Assembly (NCBI GenBank): GCA_031414955.1
Contig: JANOQV010000240.1
Span: 10,771-74,770 of the forward strand
DNA: 64,000 bases
DNA from: Pedosphaera sp.
GTDB lineage: Bacteria; Verrucomicrobiota; Verrucomicrobiia; Limisphaerales; SIBH01
Reading direction: 5' to 3'
Made by a program: the position numbers and the translations under genes. Shown in pieces: positions 1 to 9,500 of this stretch. Within the stretch, counting starts at the first letter, position 1, and every line of letters begins with the position of its first letter. The notes beneath the pieces are model-generated. The model worked only from the letters and a program-made list of their open reading frames with translations, ran no database searches and was not told where the DNA came from.

Positions 1-120
1 GCCGGTCCAGCCGGCGGGCAAAGCGCCCGGCTTGGCCTCGTCGAAGTGGACCGTCGCGGCAAACGCGGCGGTGGTGGTGAACAGGCTCGTCAGCACGAGC
101 AGGGTGGGAAGGGTTTTCAT
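1..120 (-). CDS. Secreted hypothetical protein, N-terminus only (runs off window start)
   Basis: ATG at 120 reads MKTLPTLLVLTSLFTTTAAFAATVHFDEAKPGALPAGWTG, a signal peptide; lies 19 bp downstream of the DUF1259 gene on the same strand. Confidence 0.7.
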   Translation of the reverse strand, partial: MKTLPTLLVLTSLFTTTAAFAATVHFDEAKPGALPAGWTG

Positions 121-139
121 GGCGTGTTTCATTCTGCGA

Positions 140-1387
140 TTATTTCTCAGCGTGATGGCCGGCTTTTTCCCACGCCGCAAGACCACCGTCGAGATTGAAG
201 ACGGACTTGAAACCAAGCCGCGCCAGTTCCGCCGCCGCGATGGCTCCGCGCGAACCGGCATGGCAGTTCACAAGGATGGGTTTCTTCTTGTCGAACTGCG
301 CGGCCTTGGCGGCGAAGTCGGGCGAATGAATGTCCGCATTGAGCGCGCCCGTGACGTGGCCCTGGGCGAACTCCTGCGGGCTGCGCACGTCGAGCACGGG
401 GGCTTTCTTCACCCGGCGCTTCTCGAAATCGGCGGCGTTGATTTCCTTGAAGCCGCCTTCCGCCCGGGCCTGCACCGCCGCCGCCTTGGTCTGTTCACCG
501 CGCGCGGTACGCAGCGCCTTCGCCAGGTCCGCCGCCGGACCTCGTCCCCAGTAGTGCAGAAACACATAGCGCGGCGTCTCGTGAACCATGTGGTGATGGA
601 TCGCGACAATGTTGATCCCCGCGCCGCGCAAGCTCTTGAGCACCGGCTGAAGCTCGTTCTCCTGACACGCGAAGTCGCCGTCCACGATGGCGTTGTCGTC
701 CGCGCCGCCGAAGCTGGCCCAGGTGTTCACGCCCATTTCCTTGCCGAGGGCGCAGCCGCATTCCATCCGGGCCACCCGGCCAAAGACGAACTTCACCATG
801 CCGTCCTTCTCCTGCGGCTTGGCGGTGAACAGATCGGCCAGCGGCGCGGCGCTGATCGCGTTCTTCTCCGGGATGCCGCCGCCGAAGGACTTCGCAGGCT
901 GGGGATGGGCCGCGCGGATTTCCTTCATCTTGGCCAGCGCCGCCTTCACTCCACCGGCCAGCTTCTCGACCGTGCCCTCGCCGCCGATGTGCATGAAATA
1001 AACCTGCGGCTCGGCGTGGAAGAAATGGTTGTGCAGTGCGGTGACTTCGAGGCCTGCGGCGAGCGCCGCGCTCATCACCGGATTTACCTCGTCCTCGAAC
1101 AGCACAAAATCGCCCATGACCATCGCGGCGTCCTGCTTGCCCGCCTGAAACGCGGCCCACGAGGTCAGTCCCATGAAGGGCGGCATCTTCCACTCATCGA
1201 CCTTCACCGCCACTTCGTTGCGCGGTTGGGTCACTTTGAACACGCCCTCGCTTTCGCTCCAGGCACCCTTGAGCGCGGTGATGGCTTCGATGCGGTTGGT
1301 GTCGAGCGACGCGGCGGACACGACCAGCAGCGCGCTGGGGAAAGCGATCAGGCCGCACAGCAACCGGGGCAAAACTCTGGATTTCAT
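140..1387 (-). CDS. Exported tandem DUF1259-domain protein fused to a C-terminal rhodanese domain
   Basis: Signal peptide; two repeats with ALHNHF...YFMH and AIHHHM...FLHYWG motifs; C-terminal LDVRSPQEF...GHVTGA...CHAGSRG...LDGGLAAW rhodanese signature. Confidence 0.85.
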   Translation of the reverse strand: MKSRVLPRLLCGLIAFPSALLVVSAASLDTNRIEAITALKGAWSESEGVFKVTQPRNEVAVKVDEWKMPPFMGLTSWAAFQAGKQDAAMVMGDFVLFEDEVNPVMSAALAAGLEVTALHNHFFHAEPQVYFMHIGGEGTVEKLAGGVKAALAKMKEIRAAHPQPAKSFGGGIPEKNAISAAPLADLFTAKPQEKDGMVKFVFGRVARMECGCALGKEMGVNTWASFGGADDNAIVDGDFACQENELQPVLKSLRGAGINIVAIHHHMVHETPRYVFLHYWGRGPAADLAKALRTARGEQTKAAAVQARAEGGFKEINAADFEKRRVKKAPVLDVRSPQEFAQGHVTGALNADIHSPDFAAKAAQFDKKKPILVNCHAGSRGAIAAAELARLGFKSVFNLDGGLAAWEKAGHHAEK

Positions 1388-1473
1388 TTTCCGAAGATTG
1401 CTCCCCAGGTGCGATTCGGACAATCAGCATTTCGCGCCAATGAACGCGCGCCCAGGTGGGTGCAAGCAGTTCG

Positions 1474-2277
1474 CTACGGTTCGCGCGCGCCGGCCTCGCG
1501 CCGCAGTTCAAGGACATGCGCTATGATTTCCCAGCGTTGATCCTCCGACAACGCGCCGGCAAACGCGGGCATCGGCGTGCCATCGAGGCCGGTGAGGAGC
1601 GTGCGGTAAATATCCTTTGGCTCCGGACCGCAGCGGAGCGGTTGGCGCAAGTCGCTGGGCATGACTGGTTCGTCGAAGGAATCTTTCATCCCGCTGGCCG
1701 CGTCGCCGCGGCCGTCGCCCTTCGGGCCGTGGCACGGTGCGCAGGCCGTGGTGAAGAGGGGCTTTCCACGCTGCGCGCGGCGGGTCAATTCAGCCGGGTT
1801 CCTGAACCAGCTCGGCGTCTTGGAAATCGGCATGGGCAGCACGTAGTTCTCGGCCTGGTTCCATCGAGGCGAAAAGGATTTCACATACGCGATCACGGCG
1901 CGGACCTCCCGTTCGCGCAGGGTCGCGAAGATCGGCATGGCGGTGCCGCTCAGTCCGCCGCGAATTGTGCGCGCCAGATCGTCATCGGTGGGAAGCGTGC
2001 CGGAGGGCGTGGAGCGGAACTTGAACACGGCCGCCCGAAAGTTTCGTGGACGCGGCAACACGGTCAGGCCCATTTCGCCTCGCCCGTCGCCGGATGGCCC
2101 GTGGCAGAACACACAGTTCTTCAGATACACCGCGCGGCCCTGAAGCAAAGTGCTGAGGCTGGCGGCTTGCACGAAATTCGAGGACTCGGCGGCGCAGACC
2201 GCCCCGGCGACGGCGCCGAGCAGCAATAGGAAGAGCGCTCCAGGTCGGACCAGCGGCCGACGTTCCCATGTCTTCAT
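1474..2277 (-). CDS. Periplasmic dihaem c-type cytochrome
   Basis: Two CxxCH motifs (CVFCH, CAPCH), each followed by GTAMP/GTPMP Met ligand; signal peptide; ATG at 2277 overlaps the nnrS stop (ATGA). Confidence 0.9.
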   Translation of the reverse strand: MKTWERRPLVRPGALFLLLLGAVAGAVCAAESSNFVQAASLSTLLQGRAVYLKNCVFCHGPSGDGRGEMGLTVLPRPRNFRAAVFKFRSTPSGTLPTDDDLARTIRGGLSGTAMPIFATLREREVRAVIAYVKSFSPRWNQAENYVLPMPISKTPSWFRNPAELTRRAQRGKPLFTTACAPCHGPKGDGRGDAASGMKDSFDEPVMPSDLRQPLRCGPEPKDIYRTLLTGLDGTPMPAFAGALSEDQRWEIIAHVLELRREAGAREP

Positions 2278-3479
2278 GGCTCGGGATCCGCGCGTAACGT
2301 CTTGGGCAGCACAATCACGCTCCAGATCAACACCCCGATGATCCAGAAGGCTGCGCCGTAGCTGTAGTGCGTGGTGAGGATGCGCGGGAGAAAATCCCCG
2401 CTCATGCGGGTGGCCAGGCCGACGAGCATCAAGCCCACGCTGAGGAAGAGCCAGGCGTTGCGCTGATGCAGGCGCGCGAGCTGGCCGCTGTGGCCGAAGA
2501 CCACCCGCGTCGCGACCACGAAGGTCAGCACGGCGAATCCACCGACCAGGGTCAGGTGGAGCAAACTGACCCGGAAGGCGGGGGAAATGGCGATGGTCAG
2601 AAATCCTGCGCAGAGAACGGCGAGAGCCAGCAGCAGGCAGAGACCCGGCGCGTTCGATCGCGCCACGAGCCGAAAGGGCATTTCGAGCAGGAGATAACTT
2701 GTGGTTGTCACGAAGCGTAACGCGTGGGCCAAGCGAGGGTGGCCACGCGCTTCCAAAATGAAAGAAACGATGACGACCATCCCGGCGGCCAGCGCCAGCG
2801 CCGCCTTTCGCTTCCACACCGGAGAGAGAGCGCGTGATTCGGGCACGGCCTGAGAACTTTCCACTCCGAAGAAGCGGGGCAGCAGAAACGGGCCAATCCC
2901 GAGAATCGGCAGCAGCACGAAGCCCTGGTACACCAGCAGACGTTGCAGCGCGACCCACCAGGAATCCATTTCCACCAGGTGCTGCGCCACGGCGAGCACA
3001 GCCCCGGCCGCCACGCAGACGAAGGCCAAGGCCACCAGAATGAAGCCCGGCGGTGGCGCACCCCGGCGTTTTGGGATCCGCACGGCCAGAGAGGTGACAA
3101 ACGACCCGAGCAACGCCAGAAACAGCACATCGCCAAGGAACAAGTGCGCGGTCGCGAACGATGCGACCATCGCCAGGTGCAGCACCAGCAAGGCCAGAGT
3201 CTGCCCCCAGTGGAGCACCGGGACCGAAAGCAACCGCGGCAGGGCCGTGCCCAGGAAGCCGAAAATGAACGCGCCGAACAACCCATAAGCCATGAGTCGC
3301 GCGTGGTTCTGTCCTGGATACAACTCGACCAAGCCCATGAAGTGGAGCGGCCACAGCGCGACGCCGCTGAGGCCCGCCAGTACTCCCGCCGGGAAGAAGA
3401 CCCGAAACGGTTCACGCCCCAGATCCGCGCGGGAGATACGCGGCGCAGACCGAGGGAAGGTCGAGGTGGTCGTTTTCAT
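2274..3479 (-). CDS. nnrS: NnrS family membrane protein (nitrosative stress)
   Basis: EPFRVFF, HARLMAYG, GFLGTALP, LLHLTLVGG and ATRVVFGHSG motifs; many TM helices. Confidence 0.9.
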   Translation of the reverse strand: MKTTTSTFPRSAPRISRADLGREPFRVFFPAGVLAGLSGVALWPLHFMGLVELYPGQNHARLMAYGLFGAFIFGFLGTALPRLLSVPVLHWGQTLALLVLHLAMVASFATAHLFLGDVLFLALLGSFVTSLAVRIPKRRGAPPPGFILVALAFVCVAAGAVLAVAQHLVEMDSWWVALQRLLVYQGFVLLPILGIGPFLLPRFFGVESSQAVPESRALSPVWKRKAALALAAGMVVIVSFILEARGHPRLAHALRFVTTTSYLLLEMPFRLVARSNAPGLCLLLALAVLCAGFLTIAISPAFRVSLLHLTLVGGFAVLTFVVATRVVFGHSGQLARLHQRNAWLFLSVGLMLVGLATRMSGDFLPRILTTHYSYGAAFWIIGVLIWSVIVLPKTLRADPEP

Positions 3480-3541
3480 TTCAGTCTTGTTCAACGGCCG
3501 ACAAATAGCCCGCGGGCGGGGTGTTGTCAGCGTTCGATAGC

Positions 3542-3555
3542 TTGATCGCAATTCA
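3542..3555. promoter_or_regulatory. Possible Crp/Fnr-family (DNR/NnrR-like) binding site
   Basis: TTGATcgcaATTCA versus consensus TTGAT-N4-ATCAA (2 mismatches), about 65 bp upstream of nnrS and between nnrS and the nirK relic. Confidence 0.4.
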
Positions 3556-3717
3556 TGGGTGGTGATTGGCAGGAAGGGGAGACCGCAGGCTAATCCATTC
3601 TGAAATCAGTTCGCCCTCTCACCGCGTCCGCACGGAACGGGGCCACCTCCTCGTCGCCGAAGCGAGCGCCACCGCGCCGCGCGGCCCGGCCCGGACGCCA
3701 AAGGCGAAGACCGATGG

Positions 3718-3798
3718 ATCTTCGGGGAGGAATCCGCCGTGCTCACATACGCGCCGAACGTCCCGCCGCCCATCCAGCGCACGCAAGGTGCGCGGTGA
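3718..3798 (+). pseudogene. nirK: Relic of copper nitrite reductase (NirK/AniA-type) N-terminus
   Basis: Frame reads IFGEESAVLTYAPNVPPPIQRTQGAR*KLVV, resembling the AVLTxAPxVPPPIxR...KVIV N-terminal motif of AniA-type NirK; in-frame stop and rest of gene absent. Confidence 0.65.
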
Positions 3799-3969
3799 AA
3801 GCTCGTCGTGAGTTGCACGCAAGAAGGAAAATGAGCCATGCAGGTGATGCTTCCAGAGCAAAGGAAATCGGCCGTTCGACCACAGCACCTGACAAATACC
3901 ACCCGCGCGTCGAAGGACATGGAACGCACCCAAATGAAGCAGCCTGAGATGGGGGCGCGGTTCGCTCGC

Positions 3970-4379
3970 GTGAACCGCCGGGCGACTGCGCTGACTGCAC
4001 TGCTGCTAGCACTCGCACCGATGGCGGCAACGATGTCGCCTTCATGAAGCAGGTGTTGAACTGGTATGTGACTCCCGCGCCCGAGACCATCGGGCCCAGG
4101 GGCCGCGGCCAGCCGAATTTCTTCGGCATACACGACCTGCATGGGCTGGTTTGGGAGTGGGTGGCCGAAGCGCCGGTCTCCACGAACGCTGACGCCCGCT
4201 CCCGCAGCCGAGCGCCGGGCGACGCCTTCTGCGGCGGAGGCGCGCAAGGAGCGCGCGACGCCAAGGATTACCCCGCCTTCATGCGCACGAGTTTTCGAAC
4301 CAGCCTCCAGCCGTCCTACTGTGTCCAAAACCTCGGATTTCGCTGTGCCCGTGGTCTGATCGAAGCACCGCGCCCTTAA
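3970..4379 (+). pseudogene. Truncated FGE-sulfatase-domain (NirV-like) gene
   Basis: C-terminal half only (NFFGIHDLHGLVWEWV, FCGGGA, DYPAFMR, NLGFRCA); a signal-peptide-like start (VNRRATALTALLLA) lies in a different frame, consistent with an internal deletion. Confidence 0.75.
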
Positions 4380-4485
4380 ACCAATTGGCCCCACTCCAAT
4401 CCGGCGCGTTATCGCCGCGGCCAAGCGGCTTCCCACATACGGTTTTCCGGGGAAATGCCGATTGACTTCCAGGTGGAAACGCAGG

Positions 4486-4514
4486 TTGCAGCCTGCCGGG
4501 GTGGGTGCTAGTTT
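4486..4514 (+). promoter_or_regulatory. Candidate sigma70 promoter of ftsH
   Basis: TTGCAG-17 bp-TAGTTT with TG extension, 21 bp before the ATG. Confidence 0.45.
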
Positions 4515-4535
4515 CCGCTCGCTTTTCGGCAACTC

Positions 4536-6527
4536 ATGTCAGACGAAAATAAAAAGGAACCTAAAAAAGGCGGCGAGTTCAGGGTGCCGCCGCGGACTTG
4601 GATTTTGTGGATCGCCATTCTCGGCGCGATCCCGCTGCTGCTCCTCTTCAAGGATCCGCGTGAAAACAAGGATCTACTCACCCAGCCCCAGTTCGTGTCG
4701 CTCTTCCGCACCAATGCGATCAAGGAAGGCGTCATCTGGTACAACGTGCAGGATCCATCCATCGCCGAGATCACGGGCCTCTACGTAAAGCCGGATACGA
4801 CCGTGCCGGCGAAGTTCATGGCCAAGGTTCACCTTTACGCCGCCCTCGATCAGGAATTGCATGAATCGGGCAAATTCCAGCCAAACCGCCCGAACACCCT
4901 GGTGCAGAACATGATCTTCAGCCTCCTGCCCATCCTCCTGATCGCGCTCCTGATCTGGTTTGTCTTCATCCGCCAGATCAAGATGGCCGGCAAGGGCGCG
5001 CTCAGCTTCGGCAAGAGCAAGGCCCGCCTGCTGGCCAAGGAAAAGAACAAGACCACCTTCAAGGACGTCGCCGGCATCGAGGAGGCGAAGGACGAGGTTT
5101 CCGAGTTGGTCGAATTCCTCAAAGACCCGAAGAAGTTTCAGAAGCTCGGCGGGCGCATCCCCAAGGGCGTCCTCATGGTCGGGTCTCCCGGCACCGGCAA
5201 GACGCTGCTGGCCAAGGCCATTGCGGGCGAGGCCGATGCGTCGTTCTTCAGCATCAGCGGCTCGGACTTCGTGGAGATGTTTGTCGGCGTGGGCGCGAGC
5301 CGCGTGCGCGACATGTTCGAGCAGGCGCGCAAACACACCCCTTGCCTCATCTTCATCGATGAAATTGACGCCGTGGGTCGCAGCCGCGGCGTGGGCCTCG
5401 GTGGCGGTAACGACGAGCGCGAGCAGACCTTGAACGCGCTCCTGGTGGAGATGGACGGTTTCGACACCCAAGAAGGCATCATCATCATCGCGGCCACGAA
5501 CCGCGCTGATGTCCTCGATCCCGCGCTCTTGCGCCCAGGCCGTTTCGACCGCCGCATCACCGTGAATCTTCCCGATGTGCGCGGGCGCGAGGCGATCCTC
5601 AAGGTTCACGCGCGCAACGTGAAGTTGGATCCCTCGGTCGATCTTTCCGTCACCGCGCGTGGCACGCCCGGCTATTCCGGTGCCGAGCTGGCGAATCTTT
5701 TGAACGAGGCGGCCTTGCTCGCCGCGCGCACGGGCAAGAAAGCCGTGTGTCAGGCCGAGCTTGAGGAAGCCCGCGACAAGGTGCGCTGGGGCCGCGAGCG
5801 CCGCAGTCTCGGCATGACGGATGAGAACAAGAAGCTCACCGCCTGGCACGAGGCCGGTCACGCCCTCGTGAACGTGATGCTCAAGCACACCCACCCGCTG
5901 CACAAGGTCACCATCATTCCACGCGGCCCTTCCCTCGGCTCGACCATGTCGCTGCCCAAGGAAGACATCCTCAATTACCGCAAGAAGGAGATGGACGACT
6001 CCATCGCCATGGCCATGGCCGGTCGCATCGCGGAGGAAATTGCCTCCGGAGACATCTCGACCGGCGCAGGCGGCGACATCCAGCAGGCCACCAACATGGC
6101 GCGGGCCATGGTCTGCCAGTACGGCATGAGCGAAAAGCTCGGCATGGTGCAATACAGCGAGGACGACGAATTCTTCCTCGGTCGCGACATGATGCGCCGC
6201 AAGTCTTACAGCGAAGCCACCGCGCAGGAAATCGACGGCGAAGTGCGCTCGATCATCAAGGCGCAGTATCAACGGGCCTACGACTTGATTTACACCAATC
6301 GCGACAAGCTCGAACTGATCGCCAACTCGCTGCTCGAATACGAGACGCTGGACGGCGCTCAGGTCGAAGAGATTATCCGCACCGGCAAGTTCACGCCGCC
6401 GCCGCCGCCGCCGCCGAGCGTGGACACACCCATGGGCGCGCAAGCCGCCACTCCGTTGCCGGAAGTGATGAAGCCTTCTCCGCCGAAGTTGCCTGGATTG
6501 GGCGACGCCGCCCCGGCTCCGGCCTAG
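4536..6527 (+). CDS. ftsH: ATP-dependent zinc metalloprotease FtsH
   Basis: Two N-terminal TM helices, GSPGTGKT Walker A, IFIDEID Walker [19 protein letters not shown] zinc motif. Confidence 0.98.
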   Translation: MSDENKKEPKKGGEFRVPPRTWILWIAILGAIPLLLLFKDPRENKDLLTQPQFVSLFRTNAIKEGVIWYNVQDPSIAEITGLYVKPDTTVPAKFMAKVHLYAALDQELHESGKFQPNRPNTLVQNMIFSLLPILLIALLIWFVFIRQIKMAGKGALSFGKSKARLLAKEKNKTTFKDVAGIEEAKDEVSELVEFLKDPKKFQKLGGRIPKGVLMVGSPGTGKTLLAKAIAGEADASFFSISGSDFVEMFVGVGASRVRDMFEQARKHTPCLIFIDEIDAVGRSRGVGLGGGNDEREQTLNALLVEMDGFDTQEGIIIIAATNRADVLDPALLRPGRFDRRITVNLPDVRGREAILKVHARNVKLDPSVDLSVTARGTPGYSGAELANLLNEAALLAARTGKKAVCQAELEEARDKVRWGRERRSLGMTDENKKLTAWHEAGHALVNVMLKHTHPLHKVTIIPRGPSLGSTMSLPKEDILNYRKKEMDDSIAMAMAGRIAEEIASGDISTGAGGDIQQATNMARAMVCQYGMSEKLGMVQYSEDDEFFLGRDMMRRKSYSEATAQEIDGEVRSIIKAQYQRAYDLIYTNRDKLELIANSLLEYETLDGAQVEEIIRTGKFTPPPPPPPSVDTPMGAQAATPLPEVMKPSPPKLPGLGDAAPAPA

Positions 6528-6565
6528 CGGGTTGCTGCCTTCCCGTTGCCCCGCAGGGGATCGAT

Positions 6566-9500
6566 TCATGGTGTCACCACCAGTTTTGGGCGTAGCGACT
6601 GCTCTGTCGAATCAGCACTGCGAAACTGATTGAAGTTATTGTTGAAGTACTCGACGGGGCGGAATTGTAGTCCGTGGTTCGGAAGCGATCCGCTTTGCCA
6701 GGCACGGTAGAGGCCGGTGATGTCCACAGTGTACCATTGGCCGGCCATTGGAGTTGGCAGCGCGCCCTCGAACCACAGCGTTGTGGAAGGTCGGTCAGCC
6801 CACCACAGGCGATCCCGGTCGAGGCCGGTTCCTTGCGTGCGCCAATCCCAAAACGCGGTGACACGGTCCAGATACATGGCGGTTCCACCACTGGACTGGC
6901 TGGAGCAGTAGAGGTGTAGAACGGCGGACGCCGCGTTGGTTGGCAACCCGGCCAGATCAAATTGCAGCAGGGAGTAATACTCATCACCCCATCCGCCCAC
7001 CCGAAGATTCTCATCGTTCAGCCCGCCGCCAGATCCGCCGCCGCTAGGCGCGTAGGAATACACGCTGGTCGTCCAGATGTCTTTGCTGTCCAGCGGGCCG
7101 GGCTGGACGGTGATCACCGGTGAGGGCGTGATCACCAGCTTGGGCCTCAGCGCCGGGTTGTTTGTGTAATCCGCGCTGTAAAACTCGTTGAAGTCGTCGT
7201 TGAAGTATTCCGCCGGGCGCAATTGCAGTCCGTGGTTTTGGTACAAGCCGTCTTGCCACGCGTTGTAAAGTTCAGTGACGTTCACCGCATACCACTGGCC
7301 GGCGGCCGGATTTGAAATCGGCTCCTCGTGCCACCGCGTCGTCGCGGGGCGGTCGTTCCACCACAGACGCTCAAAGTCGCTGCCGGTTCCTTGGGTCTGC
7401 CAGTCCCAGGATTGGGTGATCCGGTCGAGGAACATCGGAGTGCCGCCACCGGACTGGTGATGGCAGTAGAGATACAGCACTGCGGAGGCGGCCTTGATGG
7501 GAAGACCGGTCAGGTCAAACTGAAGCAGCGAGTAATACTCATCGCCCCAGCCTCCGACGCGCAATCGATCGTCGTTCAGCCCGCCACCGGGACCGCCGCC
7601 ACCCGGCGCGTATGAATAGACACTGGTCGTCCAGATGTCGTGGCTGTCCGTCGGGCCGGGCTGAAGCACGACCGGTTCCTCAGTCTGGCGCAGGGCACGG
7701 TAAAAACGTTTGCCCTGTCCGCCCATTGGATCAGTAAGGCCAAGCGAACCTCCGACCGGAATCGTGAAAGTTCCGAGTGGTATCCAATCCATCAAGTTCG
7801 AGGAAGCTTGGATGATGAAACTGCCGCTGGCCGGACCGCGCAGCACAAACCGGAAGACACCATTGCTGACGCCAAATCCTCCCAAGTGCGGCACCGGCGG
7901 CACGGCCACAAAGTTTGCTGTGATGCTCGTGTTCGCGCTCATCGTCACCGTCAACGGGTTCAAGCTCCCGCTCGCATCGCCACTCCAGTGGGTGAATTGA
8001 TAGCCGTTGGCCGGCGCGGCGGTCAGCACGACCTGGCTGCCCGAGGTGTAGGCCGCCTGGTCAGGGTTCTTCGCCACCGCTCCGTGGCTCGCGTTGACGG
8101 TGAGTGTGAAGGTCGGTGTGGCCACTCCGTTCACGACGGTCACGCTCAAAGATGCGCTCCTCGTTACGCCACCAAAGCTGTAGCTCGCTGAGACTGTCAT
8201 TGGTGTATCGCCCGCCACTTCTCCCGCACTGAGCAGCCCGAAGATGGAAATGCTGGTTGCTGAAGAATCCTCGCCCCAGGTTGGATTCACGCCTTGCGTC
8301 GAGCCGTCACTGAACGAAGCAGTGGCCGCGTATTGCGCTGTGCTGTTCTCGCTGACTGAGCTTGGCCCGCTGATGCTGAGGGAACTGAGCGTGGGTGGAG
8401 TCGGCACATTGACAATGAGGACATCCTGATTCGCATTGCGTGTCACGCCGCCGATGGTGTGGCTCGCCGAAACCGTCATGATCGTATCACTAACCACTCC
8501 GCCCGCCGTCAACTGGCCCGAACCAGAAATGCTTGTTGCGCTCGAATTCTCCGACCAGCTTGGGGACACCGACTGCGAGGAACCATCGCTGAAAATGGCC
8601 GTCGCCGTGAACTGCCCAGAACTGTTCTCGTTGATGGAACTCGGCCCGCTGATGGCGAGATAGCTGAATGAAGAAGTCGAATTGACGATGGTGATCGGGT
8701 AGTTCAGCGCCGGGAAACCGCCGTAGGTTGCTGTAATCGTCACCGGCGTATCGCTGCCGACGTTTCCGACAGTCAGCAACGCTGAACCAGAAATGGTCGT
8801 GGCACTGGAATTCTCACTCCAACTCGGTGACACAGACTGAATCGAGCCATCGCAATTAACGACAATCGCGTTGTATTGCGCGGTGCTTCCCTCCGCAACC
8901 GAAGTTGGCCCGCCGACACCGAACAGAACCGGCACGACCGGATTAGGCACGCTCACAATGACGCTGACATCGTCCACGCGAAAAGTTGTCGGCCCGCCGA
9001 AATCAGTCGTGGCGGTGAATCGAACCGTGATGGTTTGCCCCTTGTAAGCAATGATGTCGAAAGAACGGAACGCATAGCTTCCGCTTGCGTGCAGATTGGA
9101 TCGTTGATCCAACCCAACCAGTGTGCCGCCTGGCAGCACGAGATTCAGGCTCAGGAAATCGAATGCGGTGACCGTACTGTCCGAACTTGTGATGCGATAG
9201 TTGTAGCCGAGTGTAGCGCTGGTCGCATTCGCGGGAATGGTGATGCTCTGGCTCAACGTCCCGCTGAGGTTGTTGCCACCCGTGCCGTCTGCGTTTGCCA
9301 AGTAAGAATAGCCAGGACAACTGGCACAAGCGGCGAAGCGCGCATCGGCTTGAAAACTCCCTGTGAGCGTCCAGTTGTTTGCATTGTTGGCAAAGTTTCC
9401 GTTCACAATCCGTTCTTGAACGTCGATTCCGCAACTCGCCGAGTTCACGACCGTCACCCCGGCGTTGGCCGTTCTCGTGATTCCGCCCGCCGTATAGCTC

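Noticed and set aside
1474..3354. 626-aa cytochrome c with long N-terminal extension
   Set aside because: The extension is an alternative frame of nnrS; the real start at 2277 has a signal peptide and an ATGA overlap
4674..6569. 631-aa minus-strand ORF (similarly 32-1540 + and 21981-24113 -)
   Set aside because: Antisense to well-supported genes (ftsH, DUF1259, jetC); no recognisable domains
6570..7670. Duplicated C-terminal domains as a DGR template/variable pair
   Set aside because: Both copies are in-frame coding, differences do not appear adenine-specific, and no reverse transcriptase is present
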